From: Chrysemys picta bellii
Lineage: Eukaryota
Direction of reading: 5' to 3'
DNA: 64,000 nucleotides
Assembly: GCF_011386835.1 (NCBI RefSeq)
Contig: NC_088806.1
Span: 1,364,001-1,428,000, forward strand
The translations under genes and the position numbers were made by a program. Positions 36,791 through 53,800 of this stretch are shown here, piece after piece (the stretch's first letter is position 1; each line of letters starts with the position of its first letter). The notes under the pieces were generated by a model. That model did no database searches, was not told the DNA's origin, and saw nothing but the letters and a program-made list of their open reading frames with translations.

Positions 36791-37221
36791 GTAATTATCC
36801 CCTTTCGAGTTTTCCCAGGACTCTGGGCTTCGCTTCCTGATTGGTGTCACCAGGGCCTGTGCATTTGCAAGGACTGAGGGTTCATTTGAAAGCAGCTGCC
36901 TCTGTAGTCCCGCACCCCCCCAGGGAAGCACGGGGGCCAGCGCTGACTGCCCGGGGAGAGCCCCCCCTCCACCTTTACTCTTGGCAACCTGGGTGCTCCC
37001 ATCCAGACCTGGAGTCACACACGCCCTGTCCACACCGCTGAGCCAGTTGGCAGCCCAGCCTGGTGCAATTGTGGGAACCAGCGGGGGCCCAGCCAGGCCG
37101 TCAGGGGCTCAGGGCACCCCACTCCAGGCTACGGGCCCCACCCCCAGCATTGCATGGGGCGGGGCTGGGGGCATTCCCAGAGCCTGAGTCACCTGGAAAT
37201 GGGAGCAGGATACAAACAGAC

Positions 37222-37560
37222 GGGCCGGAGCCAGCCAGTCCCCGCCCTGGGGCCGGGTGGGAGCCGGTGCCCCCTAGAGGGGACAGGCCCTGCCCCATTC
37301 CCCGCCCCCCTGAGCCAGCCAGTCCCTGCCCTGGGGCCGGGTGGGAGCCGGTGCCCCCTAGAGGGGACAGGCCCTGCCCCATTCCCTGCCCCCCTGAGCC
37401 AGCCAGTCCCTGCCCTGGGGCCGGGGGGGAGCCGGCACCCCCTAGAGGGGACAGGCCCCTGCCCCATTCCCTGCCCCCCTGAGCCAGCCAGTCCCTGCCC
37501 TGGGGCCGGGTGGGAGCCGGTGCCCCCTCCCTGCCCCCCTGAGCCAGCCAGTCCCTGCCC
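37222..37560 (-). repeat. Minisatellite D array (~85-bp unit with a CTCF-like motif)
   Basis: GAGCCAGCCAGTCCCTGCCCTGGGGCCGGGTGGGAGCCGGTGCCCCCTAGAGGGGACAGGCCC repeats; also at 44675-44945, 45815-46155 and 49905-49970. Confidence 0.9.
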
Positions 37561-39135
37561 CAGCATTAAGGAATTAATTTTGCCCGGGAATAATGCTTCT
37601 ATCCTAAAAAGAAGAAGGTGGATTTCCAGACATGGCCACTAGGCAGCGCCCCTGCTCCTGAAAGCCGGCTGGGGCGGATACACATTGCAGATATTCAGTT
37701 AAATGGGCCCCAGGCCTGTGGTGGAAGAGAACCCAGGAGTCCTGGCTCCCAGCCCGCCCTGCTCTAACCCACCAGCCCCCACTCCCCTCCCAGAGACGGG
37801 GAGAGAACCCAGGAGTCCTGGCTCCCAGCCACCCCTGCTCTAACCCACCAGCCCCCACTCCCCTCCCAGAGACGGGGAGAGAACCCAGGAGTCCTGGCTC
37901 CCAGCCCCCCCGTTCTAACCCACCAAACAGGGCAGCGTGATGCATTCAGGGCGCAGGTTCTCAGTGGGGCTGGTGCTTATGGATGGAGACCCCTGGACCT
38001 CTGCATCCCAGCAGCCGGGACGGGGACCTTCCCACACGCGTTATGTGAGGAGAGGGTCTCAGGTTGCCTTGTCCTTTCCCCGCTGCTTGGAATGGGCGCC
38101 CTGGAGCTCTGACCTTTAGCGAACTCGCCGGGGGGCTAAATATAGGGCTGGAGAGAAAGTCCAAAGGGCCCCGGCTGTCTGGAGAGGTGGGGTGGGGGTG
38201 GGGATCCCCTTGCCCCCATAGGAGTGAGCAACGGGGAAAGACCAGCCCCTTGGTGGGGGGCTGGGTCATGCGAGGCCCCATGGCCCATTCCTGCCCCCCG
38301 AACCAGTCAGTCCCTGCCCTGGTGGGAGCTGGCGCCCCCTAGAGGGGCCAGGCTGTGGGGTTCTGGCAGCTGCCCCAGTGGGCACCAAGGGGTGTGTAGG
38401 GCAGAGCGGATGTGCGGATGATGAGGGTCAAATCCCACCTGCTTCCTTGTCCGCACCAGGCCCCCGTCTCCCGCCCCTCGCTGACCCACAGAATCTTGCC
38501 ATGGTCGGCCAGGTACAGGGCGACCCCCGTCCCCACCCCACTGCCCCACAAGGGAACCTTCCTGAGGGACCCATAGCTAATAACCTGTCACACAACGGGG
38601 GGGGGGGGGGGAGAGAGTCCCCAAATGACCCAGTGCCTGATTCTCTCCCCGGCTCTGGGAGGGGAGTGGGGGCTGGTGGTTAGAGCAGGGGGAAGCGGAA
38701 GCCAGGACTCCTGGGTTCTCTCCCCGGCTCTGGGAGGGGAGTGGGGGCTGGTGGGTTAGAGCAGGGGGGCTGGGAGCCAGGACTCCTGGGTTCTCCCCCT
38801 GGCTCTGGGATGGGGGGTGGGGACTGGTGGGTTAGAGCAGTTGGGGCTGGGAGCCAGGACTCCTGGGTTCTCTCCCCGGCTCTGGGAGGGGAGTGGGGGC
38901 TGGTGGGTTAGAGCAGCGGGGCTGTGAGCCAGGACTCCTGGGTTCTCCCCCCGGCTCTGGCGTGTGTGGGGGGGTGCTGTGCGTGAGGGACGCACGTGGG
39001 GGATTGTTCACGCGATTGCATATTTGTGCAGGTGCCAATGGCCCGTCTGGGGGTTGGTCTGTCCCCACACAGGCAGGGCACTTACAGACAGTCCCTAACT
39101 GGCCTGGGTGGGCGGAGGATGCCCGGGACCTCGGG

Positions 39136-39224
39136 TATAAAAGGGAGAGGGCAGCCACCACCTGGGCACTGTCAGCTGCCACCCCACCCCCGACAGCCAC
39201 CGACCGGAGAGGAGACCCAATCAA
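39136..39224 (+). promoter_or_regulatory. ENO3 TATA box and non-coding exon 1
   Basis: TATAAAA at 39136-39142; E-boxes CACCTG and CAGCTG nearby; donor GTGAGG at 39225. Confidence 0.7.
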
Positions 39225-39276
39225 GTGAGGGCCAGGGCCAGGGTCATCTACTTTGGTCTATTTCCCCTTTGGAGGG

Positions 39277-40380
39277 TCGGGAGTGAGGGGCACCGGCAGA
39301 GCTGGGGGGGGGCAGGGCTGGGCTGGCAGGGGCTGCGGGTCGGGAGTGAGGGGCACCGGCAGAGCTGGGGGGCAGGGCTGGGCTGGCAGGGGCTGCGGGT
39401 CGGGAGTGAGGGGCACCGGCAGAGCTGGGGGTGGGGGCAGGGCCGGACTGGCAGGGGCTGCGGGTCGGGAGTGAGGGGCACCGGCAGAGCTGGGGGGGCA
39501 GGGCTGGGCTGGCAGGGGCTGCGGGTTGGGAGTGAGGGGCACCGGCAGAGCTGGGGGAGGGCAGGGCCGGGCTGGCAGGGGCTGCGGGTCGGGAGTGAGG
39601 GGCACCGGCAGAGCTGGGGGTGGGGGCAGGGCCGGACTGGCAGGGGCTGCGGGTCGGGAGTGAGGGGCACCGGCAGAGCTGGGGGGGCAGGGCTGGGCTG
39701 GCAGGGGCTGCGGGTTGGGAGTGAGGGGCACCGGCAGAGCTGGGGGAGGGCAGGGCTGGGCTGGCAGGGGCTGCGGGTCGGGAGTGAGGGGCACCGGCAG
39801 AGCTGGGGGGGCAGGGCTGGGCTGGCAGGGGGCTGCGGGTCGGGAGTGAGGGGCACCGGCAGAGCTGGGGGGGGGGGGCGGGCTGGCAGGGGCTGCGGGT
39901 CGGGAGTGAGGGGCACCGGCAGAGCTGGGGGGGGCAGGGCTGGGCTGGCAGGGGCTGTGGGTCGGGAGTGAGGGGCACCGGCAGAGCTGGGGGGCAGGGC
40001 TGGGCTAGCAGGGGCTGCGTATCGGGAGTGAGGGGCACCGGCAGAGCTGGGGGGGGGGGCAGGGCTGGGCTGGCAGGGGCTGCGGGTCGGGAGTGAGGGG
40101 CACCGGCAGAGCTGGGGGGGGCTGGGGGGGGCAGGGCTGGGCTGGCAGGGGCTGCGGGTCGGGAGTGAGGGGCACCGGCAGGGCTGGTGGGGGGCAGGGC
40201 TGGGCTAGCAGGGGCTGCGGGTGGGGAGTGAGGGGCACCGGCAGGGCTGGGGGGGGCAGGGCTGGGCTGGCAGGGGCTGCGGGTCGGGAGTGAGGGGCAC
40301 CGGCAGAGCTGGGGGGGGCAGGCCTGGGCTAGCAGGGGGCTGCGGGTCGGGAGTGAGGGGCACCGGCAGAGCTGGGGGTC
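39277..40380 (+). repeat. Minisatellite G array (~60-bp unit) in ENO3 intron 1
   Basis: GGGTCGGGAGTGAGGGGCACCGGCAGAGCTGGGGGGGCAGGGCTGGGCTGGCAGGGGCTGC, about 18 copies. Confidence 0.95.
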
Positions 40381-40481
40381 AGGGAGGCCTGGGCCTGTCC
40401 CTGTCCGGGCCCCAGCTGCAGGCTATCAGGGGATGGGGTGACCTCTTCCTCCAGTGGCCAGCCCTCCGGGTGTGCGTGAGT

Positions 40482-40503
40482 CTATTTTTAAACCTGGCAG
40501 CTG
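40482..40503 (+). promoter_or_regulatory. Candidate muscle enhancer (MEF2 site plus E-box) in ENO3 intron 1
   Basis: CTATTTTTAA at 40482-40491 fits YTAWWWWTAR; CAGCTG at 40498-40503. Confidence 0.6.
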
Positions 40504-40780
40504 CCCAGGGTGTGTGTGCGTGGAGGTGTGAATGTTAAAGGGGTTGGACATGATTTGGATTGGATAGAGGGCCCGGGGTGAGTGGGGATGGGAGCCAGGA
40601 CTCCTGGGTTCTCTCCCCGGCTCTGGGAGGGGAGTTGGGGCTGGTGGGTTAGAGCAGGGGGGCTGGGAGCCAGGACTCCTGGGTTCTCTCCCCCGCTCTG
40701 GGAGGGGGTGTCTGTGTATGAGGGGGACAAGCCTTGGGCAGGTGCTGTTTCGAGCCCCCTCTTTTTTTCTCCCGCCAGCC

Positions 40781-46262
<5,482 letters not shown>

Positions 46263-46432
46263 GCCCCTCGGCCGCCCCCGCAGCGTCAGCACAGCCCTGC
46301 CCTGGAGGGACGGGGCGGGGCCTGGACCCTCAGTCCCGGGGCTCCCCCCAGGGCAGCGCGATGTGACCAGCGAGCACCGGCGACACTTGCTCCAGCCCCA
46401 TCTTCCCACGGTGTGTGCGGGGGCCACTTCTG

Positions 46433-46438
46433 AATAAA
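46433..46438 (+). terminator. ENO3 polyadenylation signal
   Basis: AATAAA about 170 nt after the stop. Confidence 0.75.
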
Positions 46439-46923
46439 GGCACCTGGGACACAGCGGCTGGGTGTGGTTCTTTCCCAGGGGCCCGGACGCCTGGGTTCAG
46501 TCCCAGCTCATGGGGGGCTGCTGGGTCAGAGCAGGGGGGCTGGGAGCCAGGACTCCTGGGTTCTCTCCCTGGCTCTGGGAGAGGAGTGGGGGCGGGTGGT
46601 TTAGAGCAGGGGGGGCTGGGAGCCAGGACTCCTGGGTTCTCTCCCCGGCTCTGGGAGGGGAAGGGGATGCAAGGGGGGAGTGACAGAGGAGTTCTGTCCC
46701 CCCCAAACGGGAGCAGTGGAGGCCGTGGGGGGGATCAGGGAGTGTCTCCCACAGAGACCCCTGGCAGCCTGCCCCTAGCGCGGCAGGCGGGAGGGGGAAT
46801 CTCCAATGGCTGCAGTACGGGGCACCTGACACACAGCTGCGCCCAGCCCCGGTCACACAGAGTTGTTCCACGACCCCAGCCAGGCAGGAGGAGCCGGGTC
46901 GATCATGATTAAACAGAGACGGG

Positions 46924-46929
46924 TTTATT
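46924..46929 (-). terminator. Probable SPAG7 polyadenylation signal
   Basis: TTTATT on the + strand. Confidence 0.6.
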
Positions 46930-47827
46930 GAGGGCGATACAGCTGCTCCTACCCCCCCCCGACCACCCACTGGGGGGGCACATACCCCACAACACATTGC
47001 TGGGGGGGATCCCCAGGCATCTGCCCCCCCCCCCCCCCGCAGCTCTGGGGATTGATTCTATGTACACTTAAATAACAAGCAAATACGCCCCCCCCTCCCC
47101 CCCCGAAATTAACTGCGGGGCCTGGAGCTCCCAGCAACAAGAACAGGTTAAAATCCCCTCTGCCAGCCCCACGCCCCCAGGCAGGGATCCCCCCCCACAG
47201 GGATCCTAGCCCCATTGCTCCCCCCACCCCAGAGACACCAGGGTGCCCTCCCCCGGATTCCCTATGGGGCCCCATCACCCCCCTTGTGGGGGGAGCTAGG
47301 ACCTTTCCCCATCACCCTTTGAAAAGAGAGGGGGGTGTAATTTCCCCAAGGATGGGGGAGGGAGGTGAGACGCGGGGGGGAACGACCCCCCCAATCTGAC
47401 AAGTGCCCTCTGGTGGTAGCAGTGGGATGCTGCAGCCTCTTGGGTGGCCCCAGGGGCCCTCTGGTGGGGGAAGGCAACACTGCGCCCAGATCTCTATTAC
47501 CCACCTCCCCCCCCCTGCCCCTGCTGGGGGCTCCCCTCCCCTCCCCTCCCCTCGCTCACACTCACATCCCCCCCCCAAACTAGAGAGAAAAAACAATTCC
47601 AAACAAATCACTTAAAATATGTCCCCGCCCCCAATTGAAAACCTAACATCACTCCTAGGCTACCGGGTAAATATGGGGGGGGGGTAATCTGGGTACGTGG
47701 GGGGCAGGGCCGCCCCCCGCCAGTCAGGACGCCCCAAGCAAGGTTCACACACAACAGCAGGTTTGGGGTTAGTCTCTGCAATCTGCTCCCCCCCCCCCAG
47801 GCAGGACGCCCCCCTCCCCCCCCAGCA

Positions 47828-50800
47828 CTAGGAGGTCCCGACCCCGCCAGGCCCCTCGTCTTCACTCTGCCGCAACCGCTTCTTCGCCCGGATCTCGTTC
47901 ATGGCCTCCTCAATGGAGCGCGTGTCCCGCTTGTTGGCCACGGGAACTGGACGGAAGAGACAAGGGTGAACCCAGGAGTCCGGGCTCCCAGCCCCCCCGC
48001 TGTCATCCACCAGCCCCCACTCCTCTCCCAGCGCTGGGGAGAGAACCCAGGAGTCCTGGCTCCCAGCCCCCCCTGCTCTAACCACCAGCCCCCACTCCCC
48101 TCCCAGCGCCGGGGAGAGAACCCAGGAGTCCTGGCTCCCAGCCCCCCCTGCTCTAACCACCAGCCCCCACTCCCCTCCCAGCGCCGGGGAGAGAACCCAG
48201 GAGTCCTGGCTCCCAGCCCCCCTGCTCTAACCACCAGCCCCCACTCCCCTCCCAGCGCCGGGGAGAGAACCCAGGCGTCCGGGCCGGCGCTCACCGCAGC
48301 CGTAGGCCTTATTGGCCTGCATGGTGTGGGCGGCGTCCTTGGCGGCCTCCTTGCCGATGAGGTGACTGTATTTGTCCTTGTAGTCGGTGTTGGGGTTCAC
48401 CACGGCGGGGCCCCTCAGCGCCTCCTGCTCCGCCTCCCTCTGAGCCAGCTCCTGGGGGGAGGAGTGGGGGTGTGAGACGGGGGGGGGGGGAGACACAAGG
48501 GGACATGCCCCCAGCCCCGCCCACCCATGCTGGTAGGACCCACCCACCCAAAGATACGCCCCCTACAGTGAGGGAGGTGAGACCTCAGCCCCGCCCACCC
48601 AGAGAAAGACACGCCCCCTACAGCGAGGGAGGCGAGACCTCAGCCCCGCCCACCCAGAGAAAGACACGCCCCCTACAGCGAGGGAGGTGAGACCCTGTCC
48701 ATGGGGAAGACCCCCCCTCCCTCCCCACAGTCCTGCCCACGCCAAGACACACAGGAAACCCCCCAGGATCCCCCCCAGCACAGCCTGTGGGGGGCCCCAC
48801 GCACCTTCAGGCGGCGTTTCTCCTCGGCCCGTTGTGGGTCCCACTCCTCCCCGCAGCGATAGGCCTCCAGCTCCTCGTCCGATGGGGCGAACTCCTGGGG
48901 GGCAGGGGGCAGAGCATGAGCCACCCCACGGCCCCGAGGGCTTCCCACACGCTGCCCCCACCCGAGCCCCAGCCCCACAGCGCGAGGGGGCCAAGACTCC
49001 TGGGTTCTCTCCCCGGCGCTGGGAGGGGAGTGGGGGCTGGTGGGTTAGAGCAGGGGGCCTGGGAGCCAGGACTCCTGGGTTCTCTCCCCATCTCTGGGAT
49101 GGGAGGGCAGTTGGGGGCTGGTGGGTTAGAGCAAGGGGGGCTGGGAGCCAGGATGCCTGGGTTCTCCCCCAGCTCTGGGAGGGCGGGGGGCGCTCACCTT
49201 CTTAAAGATCATGACGTAACGACTCTCCTCATCGTCACCAAAGGAGAAGGACGTCAGACCAGCCACTTCCACCACGTCGTGCCTGGGACGCGAGCGAGGG
49301 GAGAACTCGATTTACTGACTCACGGAGCAAACGTTCCAGGGGCCAGACCCACAGACCCCTCGCCCGGCGCTGAGACGCGCCCACCTCTGGGGCGGGGCGG
49401 CCGGTTACCCAGGGACCTCTCGCCCGGCGCTGAGATGCGCCCACCTCTGGGGCGGGGCGGCCGGTTACCCGGGGACCCCTCGCCCGGCGCTGAGACGCGC
49501 CCACCTCTGGGGTGAGGCAGCCGGTTACCCGGGGACCCCTCGCCCGGCGCTGAGACGCGCCCACCTCTGGGGCGGGGCGGCCAGTTACCCGGGGACCCCT
49601 CGCCCGGCGCTGAGATGCGCCCACCTCTGGGGCGGGGCGGCCGGTTACCCGGGGACCCCTCGCCCGGCGCTGAGCCGCGCCCACCTCTGGGGTGAGGCGG
49701 CCGGTTACCCGGGGACCCCTCGCCCGGCGCTGAGATCCCCCCACCCATGCGCGGCTCCCCCGCCCCCCGCCCAGAGGCTCACAGGATGCTGCGTTCAAGC
49801 TTGTTCATGGGCTGAAATTTCTTTTTGGTCTGCGAGCTGTCCTGGATGAACTCAGACACGTCCTTCTCCATCTGCACGGGAGACGGAAGGAAAGCTCAGG
49901 GGGGCGGGGAATGGGGCAGGGGCCTGTCCCCTCTAGGGGGCGCCGGCTCCCCCCCGGCCCCAGGGCTGGCTCTGTGGGTCACTCACCCTCTTTCTGAACT
50001 CCACCTTCTGCCGCTTCTCCTGCTCCTGCAGTTTCTTCAGCCGGGCGGCTTGTTCTGCAGGGGCGAGAGAACCAGCAGCTCAGGGTCTGGGGGGCCCCGT
50101 GTGCGGGGCTGGGAGCCCGGACGTCTGGGTTCTCTCCCCGGCTCTGGGAGGGTGGGGGGCTGGTGGGTTAGAGCAGGGGGGGCTGGGAGCCAGAACTCCT
50201 GGGTTCTCTCACCGGCTCTGGGAGGGGAGTGGGGGCTGGTGGGTTAGAGCAGGGGGGCTGGGAGCCAGGACTCCTGGGTTCTCTCCCCGGCTCTGGGAGG
50301 GGAGTGGGGGCTGGTGGGTTAGAGCAGGGGGGGCTGGGAGCCAGGACTCCTGGGTTCTCTCCCCGGCTCTGGAGGGGAGTGGGGGCTGGTGGGTTAGAGC
50401 AGGGGGGGCTGGGAGCCAGGACTCCTGGGTTCTCTCCCCGGCTCCGGGAGGGGAGTGGGGGCTGGTGGGTTAGAGCGGGGGGGCTGGGAGCCAGGACTCC
50501 TGGGTTCTCTCCCCGGCTCTGGGAGGGGAGTGGGGGCTGGTGGGTTAGAGCAGGGGGGGCTGGGAGCCAGGACTCCTGGGTTCTCTCCCCGGCTCTGGGA
50601 GGGGTGGGGGGCTGGTGGGTTAGAGCAGGGGGGGGCTGGGAGCCAGAACTCCTGGGTTCTCTCCCCGGCTCTGGGAGGGGAGTGGGGGCTGGTGGGTTAG
50701 AGCAGGGGGGCTGGGAGCCAGGACTCCTGGGTTCTCTCCCCGGCTCCGGGAGGGGAGTGGGGGCTGGTGGGTTAGAGCAGGGGGGCTGGGAGCCAGGACT

Positions 50801-53800
50801 CCTGGGTTCTCTCCCCGGCTCTGGGAGGGGAGTGGGGGCTGGTGGGTTAGAGCAGGGGGGGCTGGGAGCCAGGACTCCTGGGTTCTCTCCCCGGCTCTGG
50901 GAGGGGAGTGGGGCTGGTGGGTTAGAGCAGGGGGGGCTGGGAGCCAGGACGTCTGGGTTCTCTCCCTGGCTCTGGGAGGGGAGTGGGGGCTGGTGGTTAG
51001 AGCAGGGGGGCTGGGAGCCAGGACTCCTGGGTTCTCTCCCCGGCTCTGGGAGGGGAGTGGGGGCTGGTGGGTTAGAGCAGGGGGGGCTGGGAGCCAGGAC
51101 GTCTGGGTTCTCTCCCTGGCTCTGGGAGGGGAGTGGGGGCTGGTGGTTAGAGCAGGGGGGCTGGGAGCCAGGACTCCTGGGTTCTCTCCCCGGCTCTGGG
51201 AGGGGAGCGGGGGCTGGTGGGTTAGAGGAGGAGGGGGCTGCGGTCCCCTTGGAGAAGTGCCCTTCCCCCTTGTGCTCCCCCCGGTAAGATGGGGTTACCC
51301 CTGCTCTCTGGGGGTCGTGGGGTCCCCTGCTGATGTTGCGAGCTCCGGCCCCAGGGTGGGGCAGGGCAGGGCAGGGCAGGGTCTGTCTCTCCTGCCCTCG
51401 CTCCGTCCATAAGGCCCCCCGTAGCGACCGGTGGAGTCCTGGGCCTGACGCTGGCTCTGCGGGGGGGTCCTGGGGTCGGCGCAGAGCCGGGAACATTCAG
51501 CGCCGCCGGCCTGACCGTGAGCACCAGGCGGGTTGGGTCCTATGTACGGCCCGGTCCGTACCGCGCCCCTACCCCACCCCCATGTAGTTATAGCCCGGTC
51601 CGTAGCGCGCCCCTCCCCCAGCCCCCGACTAGTTATAGCCCGGTCCGTACCGCGCCCCTCCCCCAGCCCCCGTCTACCCTGTTTCCCCGAAAATAAGACA
51701 GTGTCTTATATTAATTTTTGCTCCCAAAGATGCGCTAGGTCTTATTTTCAGGGGATGTCTTATTTTTCAGAAATGAAAAATGCCTTATTATCGGGGAGGT
51801 CTTATTATCGGGGGATGCCTTATATTACAACGAGAGGCAAAACTGTAAGTAGGCCTTATTTTCGGAGGATGTCTTATTTTCGGGAAACAGGGTAGTTATA
51901 GCCCAGTCCGTAACGCGCCCCTCCCCCACCCCCGTCTAGTTATAGCCCGGCCCGTACCGCGCCCCTCCCCCGGCCCCCGTCTAGTTATAGCCCGGCCCGT
52001 ACCGCGCCCTCCCCCGGCCCCCGTCTAGTTATAGCCCGGCCCGTACCGCGCCCCTCCCCTGGCCCCTGTCTAGTTATAGCCCGGCCCGTACCGCGCCCTC
52101 CCCCGGCCCCCGTCTAGTTATAGCCCAGTCCGTAACGCGCCCCTCCCCCACCCCCGTCTAGTTATAGCCCGGCCCGTACCGCGCCCCTCCCCCGGCCCCC
52201 GTCTAGTTATAGCCCGGCCCGTACCGCGCCCCTCCCCCGGCCCCCGTCTAGTTATAGCCCGGCCCGTACCGCGCCCCTCCCCTGGCCCCTGTCTAGTTAT
52301 AGCCCGGCCCGTACCGCGCCCCTCCCCCGGCCCCCGTCTAGTTATAGCCCGGCCCGTACCGCGCCCCTCCCCTGGCCCCTGTCTAGTTATAGCCCGGTCC
52401 GTACCGCGCCCCTCCCCCAGCCCCGTCTAGTTATAGCCCGGTCCGTACCGCGCCCCTCCCCCGGCCCCCGACTAGTTATAGCCCGGCCCGTACCGCGCCC
52501 CTCCCCCGGCCCCCGTCTAGTTATAGCCCGGCCCGTACCGCGCCCCTCCCCTGGCCCTGTCTAGTTATAGCCCGGTCCGTACCGCGCCCTTCCCCCAGCC
52601 CCTGTCTAGTTATAGCCCGGTCCGTACCGCGCCCCTCCCCCACCCCGTCTAGTTATAGCCCGGTCCGTACCGCGCCCCTCCCCCACCCCCGTCTAGTTAT
52701 AGCCCGGCCCGTACCGCGCCCCTCCCCCGGCCCCCGTCTAGTTATAGCCCGGTCCGTACTGCGCCCCTCCCCTGGCCCCTGTCTAGTTATAGCCCGGCCT
52801 GTACCGCGCCCCTCCCCCAACCCCCGTCTAGTTATAGCCCGGTCCGTACCGCGCCCCTCCCCCAGCCCCCGACTAGTTATAGCCCGGTCCGTACCGCGCC
52901 CCTCCCCCACCCCCATGTAGTTATAGCTCAGTCAGTACCGCGCCCCTCCCCAGCCCCCGACTAGTTATAGCCCGGCCCGTACCGCGCCCCTCCCCGGCCC
53001 CCGTCTAGTTATAGCCCGGCCCGTACCGCGCCCCTCCCCTGGCCCCTGTCTAGTTATAGCCCGGTCCGTACCGCGCCCCTCCCCCACCCCCGTCTAGTTA
53101 TAGCCCGGCCCGTACCGCGCCCCTCCCCCGGCCCCCGTCTAGTTATAGCCCCGGCCTGTACCGCGCCCCTCCCCCAACCCCCGTCTAGTTATAGCCCGGT
53201 CCGTACCGCGCCCCTCCCCCAGCCCCCGACTAGTTATAGCCCGGTCCGTACCGCGCCCCTCCCCCACCCCCATGTAGTTATAGCTCGGTCAGTACCGCGC
53301 CCCTGCCCCAGCCCCCGACTAGTTATAGCCCGGTCCGTACCGCGCCCCTCCCCCAGCCCCCGTGTCTCTGTATAGCCTGGTCCCTATAGCACCCCTCCCC
53401 CGAGGTCAGGGCCATATGGAGACGGGGGGGGGGGGTGATGGCAGGAGCTCCCGGGGGGTCAGGGCCATGGTGTGCTGGGCAGGGAATAGTGGGTGGGGGT
53501 CAGAGTGTGGGAGTGGGGCCATGGGGTACAGGGCGGGGCTCTGTCCCGGTGGGCGGGGCTAGGGGCGGGGCTTGGCACCGGGGGGGGCACAGGGCGGGGT
53601 TCTGTCTCGGTGGGCGGGGCTAGGGGCGGTGGGCGGGGTTCTGTCTCGGTGGCGGGGCTAAGGGCGCTGGGCGGGGTTCTGTCCCGGGGGCGGGGCTAAG
53701 GGCGGGGTTCTGTCCCGGCGGGCGGGGCTAGGGGCGGTGGGCGGGGTTCTGTCCCGGCGGGCGGGCTAGGGCGGGGTTCTGACCCGGTGGGCGGGGCTAG

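Noticed and set aside
50105-51235. Satellite A units as tRNA genes or telomeric repeats
   Set aside because: No closed acceptor stem or canonical GGTTCGA, and GGGTTAG occurs once per unit rather than as (TTAGGG)n.
50168-51496. 442-aa and 352-aa ORFs
   Set aside because: Satellite A translations inside SPAG7 intron 1.
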